Shown here: positions 13,197-26,240 of the stretch, in pieces | Layout: the number at the start of each line of letters is the position of its first letter | Position numbering within the stretch: position 1 is the first letter of the stretch | Assembly: GCA_951406725.2 (NCBI GenBank) | Contig: OX597824.1 | Span: 3,410,001-3,474,000, forward strand | From: Octopus vulgaris | Taxonomy: Eukaryota | Direction: 5' to 3' | Length of the DNA: 64,000 nt | Translations under genes and position numbers: made by a program | The notes under the pieces: model-generated | What the model saw: only the letters and a program-made list of their open reading frames with translations | Databases searched by the model: none | What the model was told of the DNA's origin: nothing

Positions 13197-13668
13197 TCAT
13201 CATCATCATCGTTTAATGTCCGCTTTCCATGCTGGCATGGGTTGCATGGTTTGACCGGGGTCTGGGAGGCCAGGAGGCTGCACCAGGCTCCAGTCTGATC
13301 TGGCAGTGTTTCTACAGCTGGATGCCCTTCCCAACGCCAACCACTACGAGAGTGTAGTGGGTGCTTTTACATGCTACCTGCATGGGAGCCGTCCGGTGGC
13401 ACTGGCAACGGCCATGCTTGAATGTTGTTTTTCATGTACCACCTGCACATGTGCCATTAAGACAACGCTGGCAATGATCACATTCGAATGATGCTTTTTA
13501 CGTGCACCAGTCATTGCCTTGGTGAGGCCCAATGTTCGAAGGTCATGCTTTACCACCTCATCCCAGGTTTTCCTGGGTCTACCTCTTCCACAGGTTCGAT
13601 CAACTGCTAGGGTGTGACACTTTTTCACACTGCTGTCCTCATCCATTCGCAACACACGACCATACCAG
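13197..13668 (-). mobile_element. RTE LINE 3' end: ORF C-terminus plus 3' UTR
   Basis: WYGRVLRMDEDSSVKKCHTLAVDRTCGRGRPRKTWDEVVKHDLRTLGL is a typical RTE C-terminus. It is contiguous with the abundant (GAT)n-tailed repeat. Confidence 0.9.
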
Positions 13669-14520
13669 GAGAAAATGTTGCAAAGACTTGCAACAACATT
13701 TGTGAAGTTTATGGTGATGATGATGCTGTAGGTGAATGAACTGTTTGAATGTGGTTTGCAAACTTTAAAGCTGGAGAGTTTAGCTTGGAAGATGACAGTG
13801 GCAGATAGGGAAGACCTTCAAAATTGGATGAAGATGTTTTGAAGGCTAAAATTGAAGAAAACTCAAAAATCACAAAGAGAGAACTTGCAGAGGAATTGGA
13901 AGTTTCTAAAAATATGGCTCATGAACACCTAGTGAAGCAAGGATACATTTTTTGCTATAATGTATGAGTCCCTCACAAACTCTCAGAAAAGAATTGCTTG
14001 GACCGGTATTCCATTTGTGATATGCTTTTGAAATGGAATGAAGGCATACCTTTTTTGAAACAACTTGTGGCTGGAGATGAAAAATGGATTGTGTTTGAAA
14101 ATGTAGCGTGAAAAAGATCCAAAGATCCTGGAGTTTGTGTAATAATCCCCCAAAACAGCGACCAAAGACGAATATCCATGCCAAAAAAGTTATGCTTTGT
14201 GTTTGGTGGGAATGTAAAGGCATTATTTATAATGAGATTCTCCCACAAAACCAGACCATTAAGTCTGATGTATGCTGCCATCAGCTGGCTAATTTGAAAC
14301 AAAAAAATCAAAGAACTGAGGCTAGAGATTGCCAAAAAGAAAGGGGTAGAGTTCCAACAAGACAATGCCCAACCACAAGGGTCTTTGATTAACCAAACAA
14401 AGTTACATGAACTTGGCTGGGATCGCCTACGCCATCCACCACATTCCCCTGATATTGTACCACCTGACTCCCACTTGCTTTGTCTTGACAGAACTCATTG
14501 CAAGGAAAAACATTTAATGA
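13669..14520 (+). mobile_element. Mariner (DD34D-type) transposase fossil
   Basis: Motifs V*VPHKL (WVPHEL), VAGDEKWI, KKVMLCVWWECKGII, FQQDNA and HPPHSPDIVPPD, with stops and frameshifts. Confidence 0.93.
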
Positions 14521-14659
14521 TTTAAGTCCTGTAAAATAATTGAGAGGGTTGGGCCTCCAACCATGCCTTTTGCAAGACCCTGGGGGCTTTTCAGCATCCC
14601 CTTATACAAATATACATACATACATATATATGTGTGTGTGTGTATATATATATATATAC

Positions 14660-14950
14660 ACCGATGCCAACACCACCTTGACTGGCTTCCGTGTCGGTGG
14701 CACGTAAAAAGCACCAACAGATCGTGGTCATTGCTAGCCTCCCTTGGCCCCCGTGCCGGTGGCATGTAAAAAGCACTCTCTACACTCACGGAGTGGTTGG
14801 CATTAGGAAGGTCATCCAGCTGTAGAAACTCTGCCAAATCAGACTGGAGCCTGGTGCAGCCTCCTGGCTTCCCAGACCCCGGTCAAACCGTCCAACCCAT
14901 GCTAGCATGGAAAGCAGATGTTAAACGATGATGATGATGATGATGATGAT
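14660..14950 (+). mobile_element. RTE 3'-end repeat
   Basis: Same family with (GAT)n tail. Other copies at about 16203-16535(-), 21683-21925(-), 26424-26790(-), 28232-28757(-), 31582-32040(-), 52332-52640(-), 52995-53320(-), 56376-56606(-) and 60500-60800(+). Confidence 0.85.
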
Positions 14951-15137
14951 GATATATATATATATATATATGCACGCACACACATACACACACACGCACA
15001 AGCATTTGCGACGTTGTAAATACTACCTGATTTGCGTTAATCTCTAATCCTTCTATAAACAAGTTCATCTCAAACCGAACGGATTTGCTCCACCCTTCAT
15101 ATTGTAAGTGAAATCAAATTTGCTTTCGTTAATACAG

Positions 15138-15214
15138 ATTTATTCATGCACGCAGTCAGTGAAGGTGGCAATTTCGGGAATAGATTTCGTTTAAATATCT
15201 TCTTCAAAATGGAG
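15138..15214 (+). other. Candidate exon ending ATG GAG|GTAAGT
   Basis: Acceptor-like tttgctttcgttaatacAG at 15136-15137, consensus donor gtaagt at 15215, and locally CpG-rich unique sequence. Confidence 0.4.
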
Positions 15215-15273
15215 GTAAGTTCATTAATTTTAATTAATGTTATTTGCCATTGTCACTTGTTGTTGTTGTTGTT

Positions 15274-15304
<31 letters not shown>

Positions 15305-15319
15305 CTGCTTGTTTGTTTG

Positions 15320-15495
15320 TTGAGTGAAGTGGTCTTCGTCCCAGAGTTCGCAAGATGGGAGAAGTCCAAAACGTGGTCCTTTGCTATTCGTAAGACCCGC
15401 AGAAGAGAAAGCAGGTCAACCCCCGACACCGAGAGCATCGACGGATGAATGAATGCGCATCCAGGCTCAGCAGTTGCGTAGGAAGTTGGGGATGC
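15320..15495 (-). mobile_element. Isolated 3' tail module of SINE family C between (TTG)n tracts
   Basis: Near-identical to 36960-37125 (gggagaagtcc.aaacgtggtcctttgctattcgtaagacccgcag...). Confidence 0.8.
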
Positions 15496-16103
15496 TGTTG
15501 TTGTTGCTGTTGTTGTTGCTGTTGCTGTTGTTGTATAGCCTTGGTTCTATCTATTTGAACAGAATAAAAACTGAAATATTCCATTCCAGTAAAGAGAGTC
15601 CCCCCATCTTTCTCATGCTATGTAGAATATACGTTATCCAAAACTCTCAAACACTCCATCTGCTTTTTCCCAAAATAACAGTGTGTAATTTAAGGAGTAT
15701 TTAGTTGGTATTTCTAGCAGATCAAGTATCCTGATAGAAGCAACCTTATTTGCTTAAACAGGTTTGTTGTTGTTTCACTTCAGGTCAACCTTGATCAAAT
15801 CAGTCTAAGTTTTCGGCATAGTATATCTAAGGCTATATTAACCAATGTATACTTACTTGTTTTTAAACGAGGGAGTGAGGTGAGGAAGATTTGGCTGCTA
15901 TTTCAAGAAGACTGAATAATGAAGTAGAAAGTCCGTCATTGGTCTGTATTAATCATTTCTTGATTAAGACACATCTTGTTAGCAGAGGCTGCTTCATATT
16001 CTGCCATATTTTCTTGTAATTCTTATTTCTTTTTAATTAATGGAATTAATGGAATTAATAACAATCAATATTTCTCTCGCTCTACAGATATATACATACA
16101 TAC

Positions 16104-16172
<69 letters not shown>

Positions 16173-16728
16173 ATGTATATATATATATGTACATATATAT
16201 GTCATCATCATCGTCACTTTCCATGCTGGCATGGGTTGGATGGTTTGACTGAGGACTGGTGAGGCACAGGCTGCACCAGGCCCTAATCTGATCTAGCAAA
16301 GTTTCTACAGCTGGAAGCCCTTCCTAATGTCAACCACTCCGTGAGTGTAGTGGGTGCCTTTTACATGCCACCGGCATAAGGGCCAGTCAGACAGTTCTGG
16401 CAACGATCACGCTCAAAAGGCGTTTTTTACATGCTACCTGCATGGGAGCCAGTCCAGTGACACTGGTAACGACCACGCTCGAAATTTTGTTTTTTATGTG
16501 CCACCGGCGCATGTACCTGTAAGGCAATGCTGGCAAGATATGTGTGTATATATATATATGTATACTAAAGCTCAAAGTTAGTTTGTCTGTTTTCCTGCTA
16601 TTTGATAAAGGTGATAAAGATCCTTTAAAACAAAAAAAATCAAGTTGAAAATGTTGACCCCTCAAAGATTCGTGTCAGCTCCCGCTATCCGACCATTTTT
16701 CTTCCATTCTTTCTTCTTCCCTTAATAG

Positions 16729-16784
16729 AACTTTTGGAGTGTTGTGGACTTGAAAGACAGAAATTCTCCCACTGATTTTATGAG
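16729..16784 (+). other. Candidate 56-nt internal exon
   Basis: Long polypyrimidine tract, then taatAG acceptor, and GAG|gtattt donor. Open in frame with the 15209 ATG (ME|NFWSVVDLKDRNSPTDFM). Confidence 0.35.
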
Positions 16785-17214
16785 GTATTTTTGAATCATG
16801 GCTACTTGAACTTCCATTGACAGGATTCTTTTGGAAGGGCATCCAACTGTAAAATTCCTGCCAAAACAGTTACAAAAGTCTGGTGCAGGCTTCTGCCTGG
16901 CTGGCTCTTGACAAACCACCCCACCCATGGCAGCATGGAGGGTGGACATATATATATATATATACATGCAGATCATCATGAGTTTAAGGTCCATTTTTCC
17001 AAGTTCACTGGATAGATCTTACTCTGGCAGATTTTCTTACGAGTGGATGCCCTACCTGTCACCAAGCCACACTTGTTTCCTAGCAACGTGATATTTTCCA
17101 TGGGCAGACGTGTTCACACAGAATTACGGAAATGAATGACACTGGTTCTATAATTGTGACAATGACAATCATTTGAAACTATTATTGTACAATGTCAAGA
17201 CATTGAGACACTAA

Positions 17215-17219
<5 letters not shown>

Positions 17220-17282
<63 letters not shown>

Positions 17283-17321
17283 TATGCATATATATATATA
17301 TATAATATATACATATATATG

Positions 17322-17410
<89 letters not shown>

Positions 17411-17426
17411 GCATATACATACACAC

Positions 17427-17484
<58 letters not shown>

Positions 17485-17537
17485 GTATATATATATATAT
17501 ACATATATATGCATATACATACACACACACACACACC

Positions 17538-17594
<57 letters not shown>

Positions 17595-17642
17595 GTATAT
17601 ATATATATATACATATATATGCATATACATACACACACACAC

Positions 17643-17700
<58 letters not shown>

Positions 17701-17748
17701 GTATATATATATACATATATATGCATATACATACACACACACACACAC

Positions 17749-17813
<65 letters not shown>

Positions 17814-17830
17814 CATATATATATGACAGT
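17220..17830. repeat. Compound (CA)n/(TA)n microsatellite with recurring higher-order blocks
   Basis: The marker acatatatatgcatatac recurs between alternating CA and TA runs. Confidence 0.95.
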
Positions 17831-17924
17831 ATATATTTATGCACACATAAATATATACAGCATATATACATACGTATGTATATGTATATATGTGTATGTA
17901 TGCATGTATCTGTGTGTGTATTTG

Positions 17925-18220
17925 TGAGGGCACATGGCTTAGTGATTGGGGAGTTGCACTTATGATTGTGAGATCAGGGTTTCATTTCCTAGACCGGGTG
18001 GTGCCCTGTCTCCTTGAGCAAAGCACTTCACCTCACATTGTCCTGCAATCACTTTGACACCTGACACGTGGCACACTGCGCACCTGTTCAGACAATGTCA
18101 ATTTGATGGTGAGAGTGAGCAATGTGTGGCATGAGCATTTGATCACAATAAGCGAATCATTTGTCGTTCAGCAAAAGCTGAAAGCTCATACATCATCTTT
18201 GATGGGAAAGTCCATCATAT
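17925..18220 (+). mobile_element. Older tRNA-headed SINE
   Basis: Reads catggcttagtg..., gtttcatttcctagaccgggtggtg...cttgagcaaagcacttca. A related minus copy is at about 27220-27365, and a related head is at 45688. Confidence 0.7.
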
Positions 18221-18629
18221 CTTTATATATTTATGACAGGCTTCTTTCAGTTTCCATCCACCAAATCCACTTACAAAGCTTTGCTCACCCTGGGGCTATA
18301 ATAGAATGCATTTGCTAAAGATGCAATGCAGTGGGACTGAACCCAGAACCATGCGGTCGGGAAGCAAACTTCTTACCAAACAGCCATGGCTGTACTTGTA
18401 CACGTGTGCATGGACACACAGACACATGCACATACGCACACGCACACATATATGCTGTGTGCATCTATGTGTGCATATGAAGCTACTCTTAACTATTTAC
18501 TGTGTCAATAAAATATTTTAACTTTCCAACATATTTAAAATGAGTCAAAATGCAAACATCTTTGCTGAACTAACGAGAAATCTATAATTACTCGATACAA
18601 ACTATAACTTTAGATTTATAATTATTATC

Positions 18630-19100
18630 ATTGGAGTACTCGGTTTCTTAACGATCTGCTTCAGCAGCAATTTTGAGAAGCTCGGCTTCAGAAGACCAGG
18701 AAGAAAACAGCTAATTAGGAAATTGCAGCTACAAACCATTAAGTGACATTATGAAAATGCATAAATTATTAGCATGTAATTAGTGTTCCTGGCACCCCCC
18801 ACCCCAAGAGACAACGAACAAGCAGAAGGCAAGCACAGAAAATGCACTTCAAGGGTTCACCCAAAGCTTTACTGAAGAGATTTAAGAGTAACCCTGAAAC
18901 CTGGCAAATGCAAGCATAAAACCTTCCTACCTGGTGAAGCTACACCAACAGAGATACCATTTCTTATGAAGAGAACTGCAGGACTTGCAGGAACACAAGA
19001 GAAAATGTGAACTGCATAATTCCAGAGTCAACTCCTTATTTTCAGTCCTGGCAGGCCACCACTGCCTGATCTTCAGCAGAACCTTCTGAGCACACATCGG
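18630..19100 (+). mobile_element. Possible heavily decayed Gypsy-type integrase remnant
   Basis: HP..RDNEQAEGKHRK resembles the HPQxNGxAERxxR integrase motif, and PFLM follows downstream. Multiple frameshifts. Confidence 0.35.
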
Positions 19101-19172
19101 TCTGAATGGCCTCAGCTGGACACTCTATCCCTTGTCCTTTTTTCTCATTGTTGTGAGGATCCCTCACTTTAA

Positions 19173-19370
19173 CCCTTTAGTGTTCACATTATTCTGCCAA
19201 AATTAATCCTTTTTTATCCACATTGTTTTGAACTAATCATGCATTATCTTGTGGCTATGAGATTTTGATGAAGTAGCTACGATATTGTAGGGTTGGTGTG
19301 AGAGACCAGATCTGGCCATTTTGAACATAAAAGAAGGCAGAATACTTTGGCCAGTTTAAATGCTAAAGGG
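19173..19370. mobile_element. piggyBac-like MITE
   Basis: TTAA|ccctttag ... ctaaaggg|ATAA termini. Confidence 0.7.
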
Positions 19371-20199
19371 ATAAATGTTTTTAATGATCGTAGCTCAACC
19401 AATCAGCACTGGGTATCTTATTATGATGCATATGCCAAACTTTGATGGAAGTGCATGTATGTTTTTGCCAAATAATTTTAATGAAGGTTCTAGAATTGTT
19501 GCTTATAGTTATAAAAGCTGGTAAATTCAACCTCAAGTCTGAAAGCCACTAAGTCGTCACTGAGTCGAATCTATGTCACTTGTCTTAGTGAGTTGCTCTC
19601 TCTCTCCTCTTCTTTCACTTTTCTTTTATTACATGTTTATGGCACACTTGGCAAAAAGCACTGACCTTAACTTGTAGTGCTGTGTAATGCACATTAATTA
19701 TATGCAGAGATTGAAATTCCTTGCACGACTTTCCTAACTCTTATGGTCCCTGAATGTTGTTTCATTATATCATTGGATGTACACTTGTAAATATAGATGA
19801 ATAAAATACTTGAAAACTCAATGAAATCTTATTGTAATCATTGTCCTTGAATGCAACCAACTTAATATTGGGAACAACTAAAAAATTTGTGACTAGAAAC
19901 CACACTAAACATTGCTGTGCATCCATTTTATATTGGATCTGCACAAAGAATTAACAGGTGATTTATAAATGTTTAAACCCCTTTGATACTAACAGGCCTG
20001 AAACAACCTTTTGGTCTAAAAACTTCTTGTATTAAATCGATCTAAATTAAAACCTTCCTCCTAAATTTTATGCTCATTTATGTTCCAAACACCAGCTTAA
20101 AAATGGTAAAGTAATTTTACTAAATTCTTCCTTATTTACAAAATGAATTGAAACAAAGCCAGGATTTTTCAACAGAAATTTTGATGAAAGGTTTTAGTT

Positions 20200-20760
20200 T
20201 CAAATCAGGAATTACAACCATGTTTCGATGTCTGATACCACAATAGCTCCTTTATAGGATCCAGTTAGCTCAAGACATCATCAGGAGGAACCACGTCCGG
20301 TTTCAGCACCTACTCCTCTACCGTTTTGACATGGTGGGGCCCCCCCTTTCGGAGGTGTCTTCAGCTCTGGTGTTGGGTGCATGTCTTCTTTCTTCTGTTC
20401 CATGGCCTCTTTGATGTATCGTCAGCGAGTGTCAGCCAGTGACTGACTGACTTGTCAAATTTTTCCCTTTAAATACCTGCCGCTAGGCTCCAGCAGGCAG
20501 CCCTAGCAAGTTGTCATGTGACACTGTCTCACCTTAACTGACTAGTGAGGGCGCGTAGTCTTAGCCCACGCATTCTCTAAACGACCGTCACCTGTCAGTC
20601 AGCGAAGCTAATTTAGTGTCAGCTTGTCTCACCTAATGATGTTATTTCCTGCCGGCATGTTATGACTTTCAAGCCATTTTTGGTCTTCTCACTTCAGCCA
20701 TATATAGAAGCTGGCTTTTCCAACCGCCTCCTGTACTCTCCTTATTAGTTTTCTCAGCTC
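20200..20760 (-). mobile_element. Possible Penelope-like remnant between two decayed piggyBac-like MITE pieces
   Basis: Minus strand has ctgatgatgtct...agacatcgaaac (hammerhead-like core) and an upstream IKEAME peptide resembling the KEAIEI end of Penelope endonucleases. Confidence 0.35.
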
Positions 20761-20949
20761 GGAGCTAGAAAACACCAGCTTAATAATAGTAAAATTGTTT
20801 TACTAGATTCTTCGTTATTTTTAAAACTAATTAAAGCAAAGGCAGTGTATTTCAATGGAAACATGGTAATGAAAAGATTGGAAATATCTTATGAATTCTG
20901 CTAACACAGCAACATGACATGAAGAAACCTAAAAGTGCTTTATCATGTC

Positions 20950-21620
20950 TAAAAATAATCACGTTACTTTATTCCATAAACAAATATTATTTTCACAAAG
21001 TGATAATATCATTTCTCCATCTCAACAGCTATATATTGTTTATATTGAGATTGGCTGGGAGACGGGTGAATATCAAAAAGCAAAAAGTTGGACTATTTAT
21101 GATCTCTGCTTATCTGACATATTGTCCAAACCATGAAGTCTGCATACAAAGGAATGGAATGCACAAGAATATCAAGTAATTGTAGAACAAATAGATGTCT
21201 GGAGTGGAATCGTTGGAGCAGAACCTAAGGTATTTTATTTGAAAAACTTTCAAATTGCCTGGAAAACCAGGAGATTATAGAACAAGTTGATTACACTAAT
21301 TAATGATGGGGCCATGCTAAAATTGTATTGCCTACAAAATAAAAATGATATTGGTAAAATTTTTGATTACAGCTCTGGTAATGGATGTCATTAGAATGTC
21401 ATTGGAAAGAATTGTAAGATGGATTCTTCAAGCCAAGAGACCTAGCAGTAAACCAAGAATCAGATAATTGGATTCTATCCATAGTCTTCAATTGGTTACA
21501 TTTTGGAATCCAGCAGGAAAGCATAATGAGGATTGCTTCTGATAGGATCCCATGAAGGATGTTTCAGAGGATTCTACCTACCCTGGATCTTCCCATGAAT
21601 AACGGACAGTAAAGATGGCT
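20950..21620 (+). mobile_element. Old RTE-like LINE 3' remnant
   Basis: KRPSSKPRIR*LDSI resembles the RTE C-terminal KRPRGRPRxRWxD motif. Highly degraded. Confidence 0.4.
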
Positions 21621-22219
21621 GGTTGATGGATGGAAATGATAATATTTTATGACACTGGTGATACTTGCATATCATTGCCATATCATCATCATCATCATCA
21701 TCATCGTTTAACGTCCGTTTTCCATGCTAGCATGGGTTGGACAGTTCGACTGGGGTCTGGGAGGCCAGGAGGCTGCACCAGGCTCCAGTCTGATCTGGCA
21801 GTGTTTCTACAGCTGGATGCCCTTCCTAACGCCAACCACGCCGTGAGTGTAGTGGGTGCTTTTTACATGCCACCGGCACGGGGGCCAGTCAGGCGGTACT
21901 GGCAATGACCTCGCTCGAATCTTTTTGTTAATACATCAAAGTGAAATAAAAACAAAAATAAAGGACAATGCAGATTAGAATGAAGAAAATAAAGTCTAAG
22001 AACAAGGAAGACGGAGAATGTTTGCAGTGAACAAAAGAAATGCAGACTTTCTTTGTTAAGAAAAGGAGAGAGGGGAAGAAGAGACGAAGCCACCACTGAG
22101 CAGTAATTACTGTAATCAAATGTAGAATTAGCAGGTGAGATAACGAATTGCATAGATAACAACTGTTTCTAATATAAGCACAAGGCCAGAAATGTTTGAG
22201 GGGAGGGGATTAGTTGATA

Positions 22220-22445
22220 CCTATTTCTTTACTACCCACAAGGGGCTAAACACAGAGAAGACAAACAAGGACAGACAAGCAGATTGCATCAACCCCAGTG
22301 CGTAACTGGTACTTAATTTATCGACCCCGAAAGGATGAAAAGCAAAGTCGACCTCGGCGGAATTTGAACTCAGAACATAACGGCAGATGAAATACAGCTA
22401 CACATTTCGCCCGGCGTGCTAACGTGTCTGCCAGCTCGCAGCCTT
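22220..22445 (-). mobile_element. SINE family A
   Basis: Reverse complement of the family A consensus, followed by older decayed copies to about 22840. Confidence 0.88.
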
Positions 22446-22840
22446 AGTATTAAGTCAGAACTGTATTTCAGCAAATCTGGAAGGATGAAAGACACAAATT
22501 GACCTTAGCAGGACTTGAACCCACAACATTAAGGAACCAGAAAACAAATACTTGCAAGGCACATTTTCCAATGTTCTAACAGTTTTGTCAACTCACCATC
22601 TGAGTATTCACAGACAATGATAATCGTCTCCAATGTAAGTGAGAAGAGAGGAATTTGGAAGAGGGAATTAGTTGATGCCATTGACCTGACCGTTTGATTA
22701 GTGCAAACTTTTATTGGTTCTGAAAAGACAACAGGTCGAGTTGACTTTGGCAGAAATTGAACACAGAAAGTAGAGAACTAAAAGAAATGCCATCAAGTAT
22801 TTTGTCCAATGTATTAAGAAGTTCTGCCAGTTTATCACCC

Positions 22841-22842
<2 letters not shown>

Positions 22843-22877
<35 letters not shown>

Positions 22878-22952
22878 TAATAATAATAATAATTGATAAT
22901 AATAATTAATGATAATAATTAATAATAATAATAATTATAATAATAATAATTG

Positions 22953-22984
<32 letters not shown>

Positions 22985-23068
22985 TATAATAATAATAATT
23001 GATAATAATAATAATAATAATAATAATTATATAATAATAATTAATGATAATAATTAATAATAATAATA
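22843..23068. repeat. (AAT)n microsatellite
   Basis: Directly visible. Confidence 0.97.
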
Positions 23069-23069
23069 G

Positions 23070-23520
23070 AAAGCCAGTGGCTGCACCAGGCTCCAGTCTG
23101 ATCTGGCAATGTTTCTACAGCTGGATGCTCTTCCTAATGCCAACCACTCCAAGAGTTAGTGGGTGCTTTTTACGTGCCACTGGCACAGGAGCCAGTCAGG
23201 GGGAACAGGCCCCAGCTACAATATTGACTTTACTTGACTCAACAGGTCTTCTCAAGCATATCATATCGCATGATGCACCAGGGGTATTCTTAACAGGGCT
23301 GGACATGCGTGGCTGAGATCTCACTTTAGTAGCCAGGTTTTCTCAATCACAGCATATCTCCAAAGGTCCAGGTCTCCTCTCATTGCCTCTGAGAGGTCAC
23401 CACCTCTTCCCATGTCTTCCTGGGTGTACCTCTTTCACAGGTTCCTTCTACAGTTAGGGAGTGGCACTTCCTCACACACCTGTCTTCATCCATACATAAC
23501 ACATGACCATACCAGTGCAA
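23070..23520 (-). mobile_element. RTE LINE 3' end: ORF C-terminus plus UTR
   Basis: Minus strand encodes a WYGHVM.MDED...RG.PRKTWEEV-like segment followed by the same 3' UTR repeat. Confidence 0.8.
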
Positions 23521-24664
23521 CATACATTCTTATATACACACATATATGAATATATGTATGTGTGTGTATCTTTGTATTTGAGCTTGTACTCCACCACCAT
23601 GTAACAGCCTGTGTTAGTTTGTTTACATCCCTATAGCTTAGCAACTCAGCATGCCACACCAACAGCATAAATACCAGGTTTAGAAGATAAGTACGGGGCT
23701 TGTTTCATTTAACCCTTTTGAGGTGAGGCCCCAGCATGCCACAGCTCAGTGTCTGAGAGAAGTGAGGGAATAAAAGGAAAACGGTTGATGCCAGAACAAA
23801 CATGATTGTGAGAAATTGGTAAGGTCTGTCATGGAAATACTTCAAGAAGAAGAAGAAGAAGACATCTGGAAAAGAAAGGTCCTGGATATGGAATAAATAA
23901 GGTGTGTTACGGGTTCACATGAACATTAGAATTGGTGGAATGGAGCAATGGCCAGATTTACTCTGGTTTTTTGTCAACAACGTATACAGGCCAGATGATG
24001 TTGTTAATCTGGAAATAATGAAAGATCTCTGTCAGTTAATCCACTTTTATGGCTCAAGGTTAATCAGGATATACACCCATTCACATGTACACAAACACAC
24101 ACACTTGCACACACATGCACACACATACACACACATGCACACAAATGCACACACATACACACACATACACACACATCTGCATACAGGTATACGCATGGAA
24201 ACACATATATACACACGCAAATGCATCACACACAAATACACATTGACACACATACATGTAGAGGCATGCATACACCTATGCACACATGTATGCATATATA
24301 TATATGCGCATGTACACACAAAGGCATACATATACATACACAAGAATAAACACAAACACACACATATACACATAAAGACATGCAAACACACACACATACA
24401 CACATACACACATACAAAGCCACCAAGATACCACTCACTCATCCAGACCAACATTGCAGCCATCCAACTTATCATGAAGACCCCCGGATAATATATAGTG
24501 TTGGACCCATTATGCTTGAAAATGAAGATGGGATGGTCATAGATGGAGTGGTTTTATCAAAGTGTAATCTTGAACTAAACACCAATAACAATGACACTCA
24601 CACATACTTACATACATACATACATACATATATATGTATACACACACACATACAAATATATATA

Positions 24665-24967
24665 TCACGTGATCACGTGACCGACCAGACCATCAGATGT
24701 TGCTACATATCGCTGGTCACAATGCGTCGCATTGTTTTAGCCTTCGAATGACGCCACCCCGCTGGCTAAGCGAGCAGGCCAACAGAAGAAAGAGTGAGAG
24801 AAAGAGTGGTGAAAGAGTACAGCAGGGATCACCACCCCCTGCCGGAGCCTCGTGGAGCTTTAGGTGTTTTCGCTCAATAAACACACACAACGCCCGGTCT
24901 GGGAATCAAAACCACGATCCTACGACCGCGAGGCCGCTGCCCTAACCACTGGGCCATTGCGCTTCCG
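24665..24967 (-). mobile_element. tRNA-headed SINE family C, tail type 1
   Basis: Head gcgcaatggcccagtggttagggcagcgg...gattcccagaccgggcg, shared with the 36960-37311 copy. Confidence 0.85.
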
Positions 24968-24972
24968 CACAA

Positions 24973-25034
<62 letters not shown>

Positions 25035-25036
<2 letters not shown>

Positions 25037-25340
25037 AATACAAAATGAGACAAGAACGCAAAGCATCCAGACAACTAGGTGACACAAAAGGGGACAACAA
25101 AACATCCAGATAGACAATACAAAAAAAGCAAGGATGGATCATTCGAAGCTTTTTATCTTCAGTCAATAACCGGATCATCCTTGCATTTCGGCTGATTAAT
25201 CTTGAGATTGCTCCAATCTGGCCAGCCCCAAGGAAAAACTAAGCTAAGAGCATTAGATTCCTCGGGAAACAAGGACAGAAAAACAGACGATGTTACACGA
25301 ATATAAATACAAAAATACATAAAAATCAATAATAATAATA
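25035..25340 (-). mobile_element. Repeat next to (TA)n, possibly a Penelope-like terminus; partial copy at 31480-31560(+)
   Basis: Both share cagccgaaa...ggatgatccggtt.ttgactgaagat.aaa.gcttcgaatga. A ggctg...cagcc stem precedes GAAA. Confidence 0.5.
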
Positions 25341-25438
25341 ATAATAATAATAACAGGACATCAGACTAATGAGTATATATCAATTAGTGTGCTGATGTGT
25401 TGTGTAAAGCACCAGCAAAGTTTAATTAATCGGTTATT

Positions 25439-25477
<39 letters not shown>

Positions 25478-25724
25478 CACACATGCACACATATATATAT
25501 CTATGCATGTATGTATGTATGTATGTATGTATGTAAGCAGGTGTGTCTGTGTGGTAAGAAATTTTCGACTGCGTGACACTTTGTTTAAGTGTTGTCTGCT
25601 ATAGTCTTAAGCCAACCAAAGCCTTATGAGAGGATTTGGTAGATGGCAACTAAGACAGCTGTCAGATATATACATACATATATATATACACAGATCTGTC
25701 TATATATGTACATACATATATATG

Positions 25725-25771
<47 letters not shown>

Positions 25772-26240
25772 ACATTGGGCCTCACAGAGGCAATGGCAGG
25801 GGACTGAGACCTTTGGAGATATGCTGGGATTGAGAAGACCCGGCAACTAAAGTGAGATCGCAGCCATGGCCGATGCTAGTGTTGCATGTCCGGGCCATTT
25901 AAGACTACCCTTGATCTGTCGGGCAATGTGATGTGCTTGAGATGACCTGTTGAGTCAAGTAAAACCAAAATTGAAGTTAGCGGGTAGTGGTGGAACATAA
26001 ATGAGATCTTTTATTTATCCGTGGATTGTGATATGCTGATACACGTCTGAGAGGAATTCTCTTATCGCATTGATGTTGCCTGTTCTGCAGGTGGTGGCCA
26101 CATTGAACACTTGTAAGACAGGAAATAAAAGTTGATTGTGAGTAAATACTTGTGATTCAGCTGGAGTTTTTTACTGCCTTTCCTTATTAAAATATTGTGT
26201 AATGAAATCAGTTCATTCTTTATATATATATATATATATA

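Noticed and set aside
13669-14520. Active or domesticated transposase, or an RNA-guided nuclease such as Fanzor
   Set aside because: Multiple stops and frameshifts, and no RuvC/TnpB-like motifs were recognised anywhere in the window.
15105-15137. GTAAGT...CAG micro-intron
   Set aside because: About 33 nt is too short for a typical metazoan intron. More likely alternative sites or chance.
17195-17965. Long YI/HT/CV ORFs here and at about 24, 32-33 and 35-36 kb
   Set aside because: Translations of TA/CA/GA microsatellites.
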